Shown here in pieces: positions 1-9,870 of a stretch of 64,000 nt of DNA (position 1 is its first letter; the number at the start of each line of letters is the position of its first letter). This DNA is from an uncultured Oscillospiraceae bacterium. GTDB lineage: Bacteria; Bacillota; Clostridia; Oscillospirales; JAAYXM01. Both the position numbers and the translations under genes were made by a program. The stretch covers positions 2,274-66,273 of the forward strand of contig CAKUEM010000002.1 of the NCBI GenBank assembly GCA_934646115.1, read 5' to 3'. Under the pieces are notes generated by a model. The model was given only the letters and a program-made list of their open reading frames with translations. It was not told the DNA's origin and did no database searches.

Positions 1-201
1 CGGCAGCCCGGCGGTCGCGATCGTGAGCAGGATCGAATAATAGCGATACGCCACGCTGTATAGCCCCATCGTGTAATCGCCGACCAGATTGGTCAGCGGG
101 ACGCGAAAGACCATGCCGATAATTTTCACGATAATATTAGAAATCGCAAGAATCGCAGCGCCTTTTAAGAATGTAGAGCCTGTTTTTTGTGTCAACATCA
201 T
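1..201 (-). CDS. MOP-superfamily flippase (SpoVB/MurJ-like), N-terminal fragment; gene continues beyond the left edge
   Basis: My own reverse-strand translation is MMLTQKTGSTFLKGAAILAISNIIVKIIGMVFRVPLTNLVGDYTMGLYSVAYRYYSILLTIATAGLP, a typical SpoVB/MurJ-type N-terminus. It is absent from the ORF track because no stop lies in the window. Confidence 0.6.
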   Translation of the reverse strand, partial: MMLTQKTGSTFLKGAAILAISNIIVKIIGMVFRVPLTNLVGDYTMGLYSVAYRYYSILLTIATAGLP

Positions 202-212
202 CAAATCCTTTT

Positions 213-1367
213 TTAGTCCGGATAAGTAAAATAAATCGCCTTTTTCATGAGGATCTGCCGCGCGCCGGAATCCTCCTCGCGCCCAAGCTCCTCAAAGCCG
301 TATTTTTGATAAAACGCGCGCGCGTGCGCGTTATGCTCCGCCACGCGGATCGTTAAAAGCTTGCGCCCGAGCGCGCGATACACGCTCGCCGCATAGCCCA
401 AAAACTGCACGCCGAAGCCGCGATTGCGAAACTCAGGCTCAAGGAAAAGCATCGAAATATGCCCGCCCTCCGGCACAATGCGCGCGTCTGCATCCAGCAT
501 GATCACGCCCGCGGCGCGCTGTTTCTGCATGCCAAACGCGATCGCCCCCGCGCACGAGCGGGCAAGCGCCCGAATATGCGCATTTGTCCCCGCGGCGCGA
601 TAGTCTGCGCGGCGGAAGATTTCGGTCCACGCGCGCTCATATGCATCGCGCAAAGCGGGCAGATCCTCCGGAAGCTGCGCACGGCGAAACCAGAGGTTAT
701 AGAGCATCTGATCGTCCTCCTGCCGCCACCACTTTTGTTTTCCGAGCGTGGAAAGCTCCGCCAGATGCGAATTGTCGTTTTGATAGACCACACGATAGTT
801 GAGCCGCTCGTCCGCCTCGAGCTTCGCGACCGCCGTATTGTCGCACCATCCGATGTCGCAAAGCCTTGTAAAATCGCCAAAAGTCAGCCCGCACAGCAGA
901 TCGCGGATCGCCGCGCCGTGGCTGACGATCGCGACTGTGCGGCCGGGGTTTTCGCGCACGATGCGGTCAAGCTCCGCCTTAAAGCGGCGGTAGACCTGCT
1001 CATGCGTTTCCGAGCCGGGCACGCAAAAATCATGGGGATGAAACGTCCATGCGTCATATTGCTCCGGATATCGACGCGGCAGCTCGCCCCAGGTCAGATC
1101 CTCCCACTCGCCCAAATTGATCTCGCGCAGGGCGTGGGTCGCGATATGCGGAATGCCGCGCCCGCCGTAAATTGCCTCGGCGGTCGCGCGCGTGCGGAAC
1201 AGATCGCTCATATACACCACATCGACCGGGATATTAGAGAACCGGTGACGCAGCGCCTCGATCTGGCGATAGCCATTTTGCGTGATATATCCGTCATAAT
1301 GCCCGTGCGCGCGGCGGTAAATATTGCCCTCCGCCTCCGCGTGGCGCACGATATAGATCTCAGTCAT
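213..1367 (-). CDS. Histidine phosphatase (PGAM/CobC-like) fused to a C-terminal GNAT N-acetyltransferase
   Basis: N-terminus has IVRHAEAEGN plus SHGAAIR (histidine-phosphatase RHG core). C-terminus has NRGFGVQFLGYA...AFYQKYGFEE (GNAT acetyl-CoA site). The ATG overlaps the pyrD stop (ATGACTGA). Confidence 0.8.
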   Translation of the reverse strand: MTEIYIVRHAEAEGNIYRRAHGHYDGYITQNGYRQIEALRHRFSNIPVDVVYMSDLFRTRATAEAIYGGRGIPHIATHALREINLGEWEDLTWGELPRRYPEQYDAWTFHPHDFCVPGSETHEQVYRRFKAELDRIVRENPGRTVAIVSHGAAIRDLLCGLTFGDFTRLCDIGWCDNTAVAKLEADERLNYRVVYQNDNSHLAELSTLGKQKWWRQEDDQMLYNLWFRRAQLPEDLPALRDAYERAWTEIFRRADYRAAGTNAHIRALARSCAGAIAFGMQKQRAAGVIMLDADARIVPEGGHISMLFLEPEFRNRGFGVQFLGYAASVYRALGRKLLTIRVAEHNAHARAFYQKYGFEELGREEDSGARQILMKKAIYFTYPD

Positions 1368-2292
1368 GCGGGATCACCCCGGAAATCAGCGCGGACGCGG
1401 CGGAAATGCCGTTTTTACGCAAATACTCCTCCAGCCCGTCGCGCACACGGATGGGCGCCATCGGATCGGTAAAGCACGCCGTGCCGACCGCGACCGCATG
1501 CGCCCCGGCGAGCATCAGCTCAACCGCGTCGTCGCCCGAGGCCACGCCGCCCATGCCGATGATCGGAAGCGCGACCGCGCGCGCCACCTGCCACACCATG
1601 CGCACCGCGACCGGGAACACCGCGCGCCCGGACAGACCGCCCATATTATTTTTCAGCACCGGGCGGCGGGTTTTAATATCGATCCGCATGCCGAGCAGCG
1701 TGTTGATCAGGCTGAGCGCGTCCGCCCCTGCCGCCTCCGCCGCGCGGGCGATCTCCGCAATGTCCGTAACATTCGGCGATAGCTTCACGATCAGCGGGCG
1801 CGGGCAAACGCGGCGCACCGCGCGCACAAGCTCTGTGACCGAGTCGCACGACGTGCCGAACGTCATGCCGCCCGCGCGCACATTCGGGCAAGAGATATTG
1901 ACCTCTACCAGGTCCACGTCCGCATGCCCCGTGATCTCCGCGATCTCAATATATTCTTCAAGCGTGCTGCCCGAAATATTGGCGATAATTTTTGTATCAA
2001 ACCGGCGCAGAAACGGGATCTCCTCTTCAATAAACCGATGGATTCCCGGGTTTTGCAGCCCAACGGAATTTAAAATCCCCATCGGCGTTTCCGCGATGCG
2101 CGGCGGGGGATTGCCCAGCCGCGGACGCAGCGTAAGCCCCTTGACGCACACCGCGCCCAGCTCAGACAGGTCGTAAAACTCGCTGTATTCCCGCCCGAAG
2201 CCGAACGTTCCGGACGCGGTCACGATCGGGTTTTTCAGCCGAACGCCCGCGATCTCGACCGCAAGCTCCGGCGCATTTTGCCGCGCTACCAT
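1360..2292 (-). CDS. pyrD: Dihydroorotate dehydrogenase B, catalytic subunit
   Basis: LKNPIVTASGTFGFG, NISCPN and GGVASGDDAVE motifs. Start chosen at MVARQ (ATG 2290-2292), which overlaps the pyrK stop (ATGGTAG). The upstream extension in the ORF track is Gly/Arg-rich junk. Confidence 0.9.
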   Translation of the reverse strand: MVARQNAPELAVEIAGVRLKNPIVTASGTFGFGREYSEFYDLSELGAVCVKGLTLRPRLGNPPPRIAETPMGILNSVGLQNPGIHRFIEEEIPFLRRFDTKIIANISGSTLEEYIEIAEITGHADVDLVEVNISCPNVRAGGMTFGTSCDSVTELVRAVRRVCPRPLIVKLSPNVTDIAEIARAAEAAGADALSLINTLLGMRIDIKTRRPVLKNNMGGLSGRAVFPVAVRMVWQVARAVALPIIGMGGVASGDDAVELMLAGAHAVAVGTACFTDPMAPIRVRDGLEEYLRKNGISAASALISGVIPHD

Positions 2293-3062
2293 ACGACCAC
2301 CTCCGCCGGGAACACCGGCCCGTCCTTGCAGACATGGGAGAACCGCTCGCCCTCCGCATGCTTTGTTTTGCACGCGCATACCAGGCATGCGCCCACGCCG
2401 CAGCCCATGCGCTCTTCCATCGAGACCCAGCACGGCACGCCCGCCGCAGCCGCCAGCCGCGCCGCCGTTTGCAGCATCGGGCGCGGACCGCACGCCAGAA
2501 CCCCGCTATACGCATGCGCCTGAAGCATCCGCTGCATCGGCGCCTCGATCGTGCCCGCCTCTCCAAAGCTGCCGTCATCGGTCGTGATCACGACCTGCTC
2601 GCACGCCTGCGCAAACTCCTCGCGCAGGATCATCGCCTGCGCCGTGCGAAACCCGAGCAGCGCATGCGCGCACTGCTGCGCCTCCGCCGCGAACAGAAGC
2701 GGCGGCGCACCGATCCCGCCGCCCACGACCAGCACCGGGCGCGCATCGTCAAGCACCGGAAACGTCCCGCAGCCGAGCGGACCCAGCACATCGAGCGTTT
2801 TGCCCGCAGCGCGCCGGGCGAGAAACTCCGTTCCGCTGCCGCGCACCTCATACACGATGCGCAGCACCCCATCCTGCGCGGCGCAAATGCTCAGCGGGCG
2901 GCGCAGCATGCGCGAATGTCCGCATAAAATATGCACAAACTGCCCCGGCCGCGCAAGCGCCGCGATCTTCGGCGCAGAAAGCCGCATGTCATAATGTGTG
3001 TCCGTGATCCTGCGATTTTGCAGGATCTTGCAAAGTTCTTTTATCGCCATAATCCGTTCCAT
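2286..3062 (-). CDS. pyrK: Dihydroorotate dehydrogenase B electron-transfer (FAD/2Fe-2S) subunit
   Basis: RPLSI FAD-binding motif, GGGIGAPPL, and C-terminal CGVGACLVCAC iron-sulfur cluster motif. The start could instead be the ATG at 3050. Confidence 0.85.
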   Translation of the reverse strand: MERIMAIKELCKILQNRRITDTHYDMRLSAPKIAALARPGQFVHILCGHSRMLRRPLSICAAQDGVLRIVYEVRGSGTEFLARRAAGKTLDVLGPLGCGTFPVLDDARPVLVVGGGIGAPPLLFAAEAQQCAHALLGFRTAQAMILREEFAQACEQVVITTDDGSFGEAGTIEAPMQRMLQAHAYSGVLACGPRPMLQTAARLAAAAGVPCWVSMEERMGCGVGACLVCACKTKHAEGERFSHVCKDGPVFPAEVVVW

Positions 3063-3119
3063 TTCTGCCGCGTGGCGCGGCGCCGCATTTCCTTGAGCGC
3101 GAGGCTCACATTCTTATAC

Positions 3120-3148
3120 ATTATAATGGATTGCCGTACATTCGTCAA
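3120..3148 (-). promoter_or_regulatory. Candidate promoter of pyrK-pyrD
   Basis: TTGACG (3143-3148), 17-nt spacer, TATAAT (3120-3125). Confidence 0.55.
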
Positions 3149-3289
3149 TTTCCGGCGCAGAAAAAGAATACCAAAAACGCAAAAATAATATAGGCAATTT
3201 GAAAAAAATGTGGTAGAATATTTAATGTATAAAAATATTCTTCCGCGGGGCGGATTTTGCGCCATCCCGCGGCGGTGAGGTGTGATTTC

Positions 3290-4624
3290 ATGCGCTTTCG
3301 GCTGATTTTTGCCGTTTTGCTTATTTTCGTTCTCGCCGGCTGCGCGACCGGCTCGGTGGAGGACGTGCTGCGCGCGCCCGCGCTGCCCTCTGAATTCATG
3401 GAGTTTAACGACGAATTGAATAAAATCAAGGCGTCTGGGCTTGAGCTGCTCGCGCCGTCCGGCGGCGCGAACCGGCAGGCGATCCAGCTGACGGATCTGG
3501 ACGGAGACGGGGCGGACGAAGGCGTTGCCCTCTTCCGCGAAACCGCAAATACCTATAAAACTTATGTCTATATTTTTAAAAAAATCGACGACCGGTATGA
3601 GGTGCGCGCGCGCATCGAGGGCGCGGGCAACGCGGTGGAGCGCGTGAGCTATGCCGACCTTTTGGGCAGCGGCGACCAGCAGCTCATCATCGGATGGACG
3701 GTTTCTGACAGTGACGCGCGCGCCGTAACGGTATATGCCCTGCGCGACACGGCGGCGAAAAAGCTTTGCGAGATCGCCTGCCGCCACTTCATCGTGGCGG
3801 ATCTTGACAGCGACGGGGTGAGCGATCTCGGCGTTGTGTACGACGACCCGGGCGACGGGGCGGAGAAGTTCGCGCTTTACGGCAAGCGCAGCGAAAGCCT
3901 GCTCTTCCGCGCCGCCGCGCCGCTCACACAGTCCAGCGGGGCGATCCTGCGCATCCGCGCCGCCAATGCGGTGGATGGGGTTCCCGCCATTTTTGTGGAG
4001 CATGCGTTCCATGAGACCGGGCTTGTGACCGATGTTCTGATTTGGAAAAACAACACGCTGCAAAACATCACATATTCCGCACGCACCAAGGCGAGCGACA
4101 TGACCGCGCGCACAAGCGCCACGTTCTGCGAGGACGTGGATTTTGACGGGAATTTAGAGATCCCGGCGGCGCAGCCGGCGGGGAAGTCGCGCGATCTTTC
4201 CGAGGGTGAGCCGCTGCGCGGCACGCTCTGGTATGGGTTTGACGAATCGCTGCAGCTTGCGGAGGAGGCGCTGGATTTCCGCTCGGCGTATGACGGCTGG
4301 CAGCTGACGCTCCCGCTCGATTGGGAAGGCAAGGTCACTGCGTTCTATCAGCACTTTGGCGAAAATGAAACGGTCGCCACGTTCTATGGCGCGGCGGATA
4401 CGCACGATATTCCGCTGTTCTCCATCCACGTGTTCTACGGCGAGGAGCGCGAAAAGCGCGCCGCCGCAAGCGGTTACGCGCGCCTGCTCGAGCGGTCGGA
4501 CGCGATTTTTGCCGTTGATTTTGATCAGCCGTCGTTTCTCGATTATGACATCACGGAGGATATGCTTCGCGAGCGGTTCCGCTATCGCGAGGCGGAATGG
4601 TCGACCGGCGAGGTCGTGTTTTAA
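3290..4624 (+). CDS. Lipoprotein with FG-GAP/VCBS-like DxDxDG repeats
   Basis: Signal peptide with lipobox (MRFRLIFAVLLIFVLAGC). Repeated DLDGDGADE, DLDSDGVSD and DVDFDGNLE calcium-binding-type motifs. Start moved to the ATG at 3290. Confidence 0.7.
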   Translation: MRFRLIFAVLLIFVLAGCATGSVEDVLRAPALPSEFMEFNDELNKIKASGLELLAPSGGANRQAIQLTDLDGDGADEGVALFRETANTYKTYVYIFKKIDDRYEVRARIEGAGNAVERVSYADLLGSGDQQLIIGWTVSDSDARAVTVYALRDTAAKKLCEIACRHFIVADLDSDGVSDLGVVYDDPGDGAEKFALYGKRSESLLFRAAAPLTQSSGAILRIRAANAVDGVPAIFVEHAFHETGLVTDVLIWKNNTLQNITYSARTKASDMTARTSATFCEDVDFDGNLEIPAAQPAGKSRDLSEGEPLRGTLWYGFDESLQLAEEALDFRSAYDGWQLTLPLDWEGKVTAFYQHFGENETVATFYGAADTHDIPLFSIHVFYGEEREKRAAASGYARLLERSDAIFAVDFDQPSFLDYDITEDMLRERFRYREAEWSTGEVVF

Positions 4625-4654
4625 ACAAAAATCCCCCTATGGAGGTTACATGGA

Positions 4655-5344
4655 ATGAAAAAAAAGGTTCTCGTGTTAGAGGATGAGGCAAGCATTCGCA
4701 GCTTTGTGGTCATCAATTTGGCGCGCGCCGGGTATGAGGTTGTTGAGGCGGAATGCGGCGAGCAGGCGCTTCAGCTGCTGCATGAGCAGCGGGATATCGG
4801 CGTTGCGCTGCTTGATATCATGCTGCCGGATATCGACGGGTTTGAGGTTTGCCGCCGCATCCGCGGCACCGGCTCGAAGATCGGGATCATTATGCTGACC
4901 TCGCGCACGCAGGAGGTTGACCGCGTGACCGGGCTGATGACCGGGGCGGACGATTATGTCACAAAGCCGTTCTCGCCGACCGAGCTGATCGCGCGGATCG
5001 ACGCGCTGTTCCGCCGCATCGGCAGCACGGTCTCTGAGGATTCCGCCAACATCACGAGCGGCCCGTTTGTGCTCAACACGCGCAACCGCACGGTGGATAA
5101 AAACGGCGCGCGCATTAAGCTGACGCAGGTGGAATATGCGATCATGAAATATTTTATGGATAACCCCGGGCGCGCCATCTCGCGCGAGGATATGCTCGCC
5201 GCGGTTTGGGGCAGCGATTATTTCGGCGAGCTGAAGATCGTTGACGTAAATATTCGCCGCCTGCGGCTGAAAATTGAGGACGACCCCGCCTTCCCGTCTT
5301 ATATCCAAACGGTTTGGGGCTACGGCTATAAATGGGGAAACTGA
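4655..5344 (+). CDS. OmpR-family response regulator
   Basis: Receiver domain (VLVLEDE, LLDIMLPDIDG, KPF) plus winged-helix C-terminus (IQTVWGYGYKW). Confidence 0.9.
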   Translation: MKKKVLVLEDEASIRSFVVINLARAGYEVVEAECGEQALQLLHEQRDIGVALLDIMLPDIDGFEVCRRIRGTGSKIGIIMLTSRTQEVDRVTGLMTGADDYVTKPFSPTELIARIDALFRRIGSTVSEDSANITSGPFVLNTRNRTVDKNGARIKLTQVEYAIMKYFMDNPGRAISREDMLAAVWGSDYFGELKIVDVNIRRLRLKIEDDPAFPSYIQTVWGYGYKWGN

Positions 5345-5361
5345 CAGGAAGGTGAGGCACT

Positions 5362-6828
5362 GTGGCAGAACGCAGGACGATACACGGGATCAAAAAGCGC
5401 TGGATCTTAAATAATCTGGTGTATGTCGTTTTGGTGATCATTCTCGCGGTAATTATCTATTCCGTGGGGAATATGAATTACTATTACGCGAATGTGCGCA
5501 CGAATTTATCCAACCGCGTGCAGGTAAATTCCCGCTATTTTAACGACAATGTGAATACAAATTTCGACTCGTTTTATTACAACGCGAAGCGGCAAACGCT
5601 GGAGTTTTCTGACCGCGACCGCTTAGAGCGGCAAATTCTGTTTTCTGACGGGCGCGTGATGTTCTCCTCCTCCGGGCTGCCGAGCGGCACGATCCCCGGC
5701 ACGCCGGAAATCGACGAGGCGATCACAAAGGGCGAGATCTCAAGCTTTATCGGCGCAGATCCGCTTACCGGCGAGCGGATCATGAGCGTTTCCAGCCCGC
5801 TCGTTACCAATAATTCCAACGTGGTCGGCGTGATGCGCTATGTGACCAGCATGCGCGAGGTGGACCGGCAAATCATTGTGCAGAGCGGGATCGCGGCGCT
5901 GCTTGGGCTGGTCATCATCCTTCTGGTTTTTGTTTCAAACCAATATTTCATCCGCTCGATCGTCAACCCGCTGCATGAAGTGATCGAGACCACGCGGCAG
6001 ATCACGAAGGGCAGCTATGGCGTTCGCATCGAGAAAAAATATGACGATGAGATTGGCGACCTGTGCGACACGATCAACGAAATGTCTGTGGAGATCTCGC
6101 GCGCGGAGCGGATCAAAAACGAATTCATCTCCTCCGTGTCGCACGAGCTGCGCACGCCGCTCACCGCGATCATCGGCTGGGGCGAAACGCTTTCCACCGT
6201 TGGACCGGAGCATTATGAAGAAACGCAAAAGGGCATCGGCGTTATTTTAAAAGAAACGCGCCGCCTGTCGAAAATGGTGGAGGAGCTGCTCGACTTCGCG
6301 CGGATGGAGAGCGGGCGCTTTAATCTGATGATGGAGCCGATGGATCTGACCGCCGAGCTGGAAGAAACGCTCTATATGTACCACGAAACATTTAAAAAGA
6401 AGAATATTCAGCTGGAATATACACAAAATGATGAGGATATCTGGATCAACGGCGATCAGGAGCGGCTCAAGCAGGTGTTCTTTAACATCCTTGACAACGC
6501 GGTCAAGCACGGCGAGCAGGGCGGTCGCCTGACCGTGAGCGCCACGGCGGACGACGCGATGGCGACGATCGCCATCCGCGACTACGGCGAGGGCATCCCT
6601 GAGGAAGAGCTGCCGTATGTGAAGCTGAAATTCTATAAGGGCACCTCAAAAATGAAGGGCTCCGGCATCGGGCTTGCCGTGAGCGATGAGATCGTAAATA
6701 TGCACGGCGGCGAGCTGAATATTGAAAGCAAGGTCGGCGAGGGCACATGCGTCTACGTTGTGCTGCCGCTGCTCAAGCAGGCGGACGACGCGGAGCTTGA
6801 CCGCGCCGCAGGAAAGGACGAGGAATGA
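5362..6828 (+). CDS. Sensor histidine kinase (two TM segments, HAMP, HisKA, HATPase_c)
   Basis: H-box FISSVSHELRTPLT, N-box NILDNAVKH, G-boxes DYGEGI and GSGIGLAV. GTG start preceded by GGAAGGTGAGG. Confidence 0.9.
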   Translation: MAERRTIHGIKKRWILNNLVYVVLVIILAVIIYSVGNMNYYYANVRTNLSNRVQVNSRYFNDNVNTNFDSFYYNAKRQTLEFSDRDRLERQILFSDGRVMFSSSGLPSGTIPGTPEIDEAITKGEISSFIGADPLTGERIMSVSSPLVTNNSNVVGVMRYVTSMREVDRQIIVQSGIAALLGLVIILLVFVSNQYFIRSIVNPLHEVIETTRQITKGSYGVRIEKKYDDEIGDLCDTINEMSVEISRAERIKNEFISSVSHELRTPLTAIIGWGETLSTVGPEHYEETQKGIGVILKETRRLSKMVEELLDFARMESGRFNLMMEPMDLTAELEETLYMYHETFKKKNIQLEYTQNDEDIWINGDQERLKQVFFNILDNAVKHGEQGGRLTVSATADDAMATIAIRDYGEGIPEEELPYVKLKFYKGTSKMKGSGIGLAVSDEIVNMHGGELNIESKVGEGTCVYVVLPLLKQADDAELDRAAGKDEE

Positions 6829-7763
6829 ATAGCACCACGAAAAAAACAACGATCGGCGGTCAGGCGCTGATTGAGGGGATCATGATGCTCGGTCCCACGC
6901 AATGCGCGGTCGCCGTGCGCCGGCCGGATGGCGAGATCGAATGCAAGGTAGAAGACGCGAACTCGCTGAAAACACGCTATCCATTTTGCGCGCTGCCGCT
7001 GATTCGCGGCGTGGTCGGGCTGTATGAATCGATGAAGCGCGGCATTTCGGCGCTCAACTATTCGGCAAGCTTTCTCCCGGAGGACGAGGAGGGCGAGCCG
7101 GGCCGGCTGGACGCCTGGCTTGAAAAAACCTTTGGCTGGGAGCGGGTGCAGCGCGTACTCACCGTGATCGCGACCACGCTTGGCGTTCTGCTTCCGCTGT
7201 TTCTGTTTATTTTTTTGCCCACGCTGCTCGCCGGCACGCTGGATCGATATATCGGCTCGGGCATCTGGCGCAACCTGCTTGAGGGCGCGCTACGCATCGC
7301 GATTTTTTTGCTGTTTATGTGGTCCATTTCGCATATGAAGGACATGAAGCGAACGTTTTCATACCACGGCGCGGAGCATAAAACCATCTTCTGCTACGAG
7401 GCGGGGGAAGAGCTAACGGTGGAAAACGTGCGCAAATTTAAAAAAGAGCATCCGCGCTGCGGCACGAGCTTTTTATTCAGCGTGATGATCATCAGCATTC
7501 TGGTGTTCTCGGTCGTGCAGTGGTCAAACCCGTTTATTCGCATGGCGCTGCGGCTTGCGCTGCTGCCCGTTGTGGTTGCGATCAGCTATGAATTAAACCG
7601 CCTGATCGGGCGGTATGACAATGCGGTCACGCGCTTTTTGCGCGCGCCGGGGCTGTGGTTTCAGGGGTTTACCACCTTTGAGCCGGACGATTCGATGATC
7701 GAAGTTGCGATCGCGGCGCTCCGCCCGGTCATTCCGGAGGACGCGGGCTCTGACCGCTGGTAA
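6825..7763 (+). CDS. DUF1385-family membrane protein (commonly found next to prmC)
   Basis: IGGQALIEGIMMLGP N-terminal signature, HGAEHK motif and several TM segments. ATGA overlap with the kinase stop. Confidence 0.75.
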   Translation: MNSTTKKTTIGGQALIEGIMMLGPTQCAVAVRRPDGEIECKVEDANSLKTRYPFCALPLIRGVVGLYESMKRGISALNYSASFLPEDEEGEPGRLDAWLEKTFGWERVQRVLTVIATTLGVLLPLFLFIFLPTLLAGTLDRYIGSGIWRNLLEGALRIAIFLLFMWSISHMKDMKRTFSYHGAEHKTIFCYEAGEELTVENVRKFKKEHPRCGTSFLFSVMIISILVFSVVQWSNPFIRMALRLALLPVVVAISYELNRLIGRYDNAVTRFLRAPGLWFQGFTTFEPDDSMIEVAIAALRPVIPEDAGSDRW

Positions 7764-7795
7764 TGTGAAATATAGAAAGTTTGGGGTGTGACTGG

Positions 7796-8677
7796 ATGGC
7801 GACCTATGGAGATATGTATTTAGACGCGCGGCAGTGCTTGCGCCGCGCAAATATCGAAAACGCCGATTTTGAAGCGCGCGATATTGCGTGCACCGCGTCA
7901 CGCAAGACGGCGGAGGAATTCCTGCGTGACCGGCAGCTGCCTGCGCCGGGCAGCGTGGTGCAAAAGGCGGCGCGTATGGCGGCGCGGCGCGTGAAGGGCG
8001 AGCCGCTTGCCTATATCCTCGGCGAATGGGATTTTTATGGGCTGACGCTTGCAATCACCCCGGCGGTGCTGATCCCCCGCCCGGACACGGAGGTGCTGGT
8101 GGACTGGACCGCGGCGGTCGTTCGCAAAACGATCGGCGAGCGCGAGTTTCGCTTTTTAGACCTCGGCTGCGGCAGCGGCTGCATCGGCATTGCGATGGCG
8201 CACCTGTTCCCCAACGCGCGCGGCGTGCTGATGGACGTTTCGCCCATCGCGGTGGAGCTTGCAAAAGCGAACGTAAAGCGGTACAATATGTTAAATCGGC
8301 TTTTCTGCGTGCCGGGCGATATGCTTGAGCAGGCGGATACGCGCGTGGGCAAGTTTGACATGCTGCTCTCCAACCCGCCGTATATCACGCATGAGGAAAT
8401 GCTTGCGCTCGACCCGTCTGTGCGGGATTATGAGCCGCAGGGCGCGCTGTATGGCGGCGAGGACGGGCTGGATTTTTACCGCGCGATTTTAAAGGGCTGG
8501 CTTTCGCTTGTGAAGGACGGCGGATTTGTTGCGTTTGAATGCGGATATCGCCAGGCGCACGACGTGGGGCGGCTGATGAAGGCCGCCGGGATCGAGCGCA
8601 TTCGTATCGTGGAGGACACGGCGGGGATCCAACGCGTGGTGTCTGGCTTTAAAAAAGTGAGTGAGGGAGAGATTTAG
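7796..8677 (+). CDS. prmC: Release-factor glutamine N5-methyltransferase
   Basis: [17 protein letters not shown] motif [11 protein letters not shown], and catalytic NPPY. An alternative TTG start lies at 7781. Confidence 0.9.
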   Translation: MATYGDMYLDARQCLRRANIENADFEARDIACTASRKTAEEFLRDRQLPAPGSVVQKAARMAARRVKGEPLAYILGEWDFYGLTLAITPAVLIPRPDTEVLVDWTAAVVRKTIGEREFRFLDLGCGSGCIGIAMAHLFPNARGVLMDVSPIAVELAKANVKRYNMLNRLFCVPGDMLEQADTRVGKFDMLLSNPPYITHEEMLALDPSVRDYEPQGALYGGEDGLDFYRAILKGWLSLVKDGGFVAFECGYRQAHDVGRLMKAAGIERIRIVEDTAGIQRVVSGFKKVSEGEI

Positions 8678-8679
8678 CG

Positions 8680-9864
8680 ATGGCAATGGATAAGAAAAAG
8701 GCGCTGGAAACCGCGCTGGAGCAAATTGAAAAGCAATATGGAAAGGGCGCGATCATGCGCCTTGGCGAAAACGTGGCAATGAATGTTGACGCGATCTCGA
8801 CCGGATCGCTCACGCTTGACCTTGCGCTCGGCATCGGCGGCGTGCCGCGCGGGCGCATTATCGAGATCTACGGGCCGGAATCCTCCGGTAAGACCACGCT
8901 TTCGTTACATATCGTCGCCGAAGCGCAGAAGGCGGGCGGCGAAGCGGCGTTTATCGACGTTGAGCACGCGCTCGACCCGGTGTATGCCCGCGCGCTCGGC
9001 GTGGATATCGACAGCCTGCTTGTGTCCCAGCCGGACACGGGCGAGCAGGCGCTTGAGATCGCGGAGGCGCTGGTGCGCAGCGGCGCGATCGATATCATCG
9101 TGGTCGACTCGGTCGCCGCGCTTGCGCCGCGCATGGAGATCGAGGGCGAAATGGGCGATGCATTTGTCGGTCTGCAGGCGCGCCTGATGTCGCAGGCGAT
9201 GCGTAAGCTCTCCGGCGCGATCGGCAAGGGCAACTGCGCCGCGATCTTTATCAACCAGCTGCGCGAAAAAGTCGGGCAGTCATACGGCAGCCCGGAGGTC
9301 ACGCCGGGCGGACGCGCGCTCAAGTTCTATTCGAGCGTGCGCATCGATGTGCGCCGTATCGAAACGCTGAAAAGCGGCAATGAAATGATCGGCAACCGCA
9401 CGCGCGCCAAAGTGGTGAAAAACAAGCTCGCGCCTCCGTTCCGTGAGGCGGAATTTGATATTATGTACGGCGAGGGCATCTCGAAGATGGGCGAGCTGGT
9501 CGATACTGGCTTAAAGCTTGATCTGGTGCAGAAATCCGGCTCGTGGTTCTCCATGGGCGAAACGCGCCTCGGTCAGGGGCGCGACAATGCGAAGAAATTC
9601 CTTGCGGAAAACCCGGATCTTGCGGAGCAGCTCGAGGCGGAGATCCGCGCGAATGCGCATAAGCTTCTCAGCCGTCAGGCGCTTGCCGCCGCGCGCGCCG
9701 CAGGGCGCGTTCCGCCGGAGAGCGAGAGCGCCGAGAACGCGGAAAGCGCCGAAGCGGTAGAAACGACAGCCCCGGCAGAGAGCGCCGCGCCGGCAAAGGA
9801 GACCGCGCCCGTGCGCAAGCCGCGCAAGGCGATCACCGTGGACGCGGACGATTATGAGGAGTAA
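8680..9864 (+). CDS. recA: Recombinase RecA with a long acidic low-complexity C-terminal tail
   Basis: Walker [10 protein letters not shown] and the highly conserved RecA core. Confidence 0.97.
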   Translation: MAMDKKKALETALEQIEKQYGKGAIMRLGENVAMNVDAISTGSLTLDLALGIGGVPRGRIIEIYGPESSGKTTLSLHIVAEAQKAGGEAAFIDVEHALDPVYARALGVDIDSLLVSQPDTGEQALEIAEALVRSGAIDIIVVDSVAALAPRMEIEGEMGDAFVGLQARLMSQAMRKLSGAIGKGNCAAIFINQLREKVGQSYGSPEVTPGGRALKFYSSVRIDVRRIETLKSGNEMIGNRTRAKVVKNKLAPPFREAEFDIMYGEGISKMGELVDTGLKLDLVQKSGSWFSMGETRLGQGRDNAKKFLAENPDLAEQLEAEIRANAHKLLSRQALAAARAAGRVPPESESAENAESAEAVETTAPAESAAPAKETAPVRKPRKAITVDADDYEE

Positions 9865-9870
9865 TGCCGC

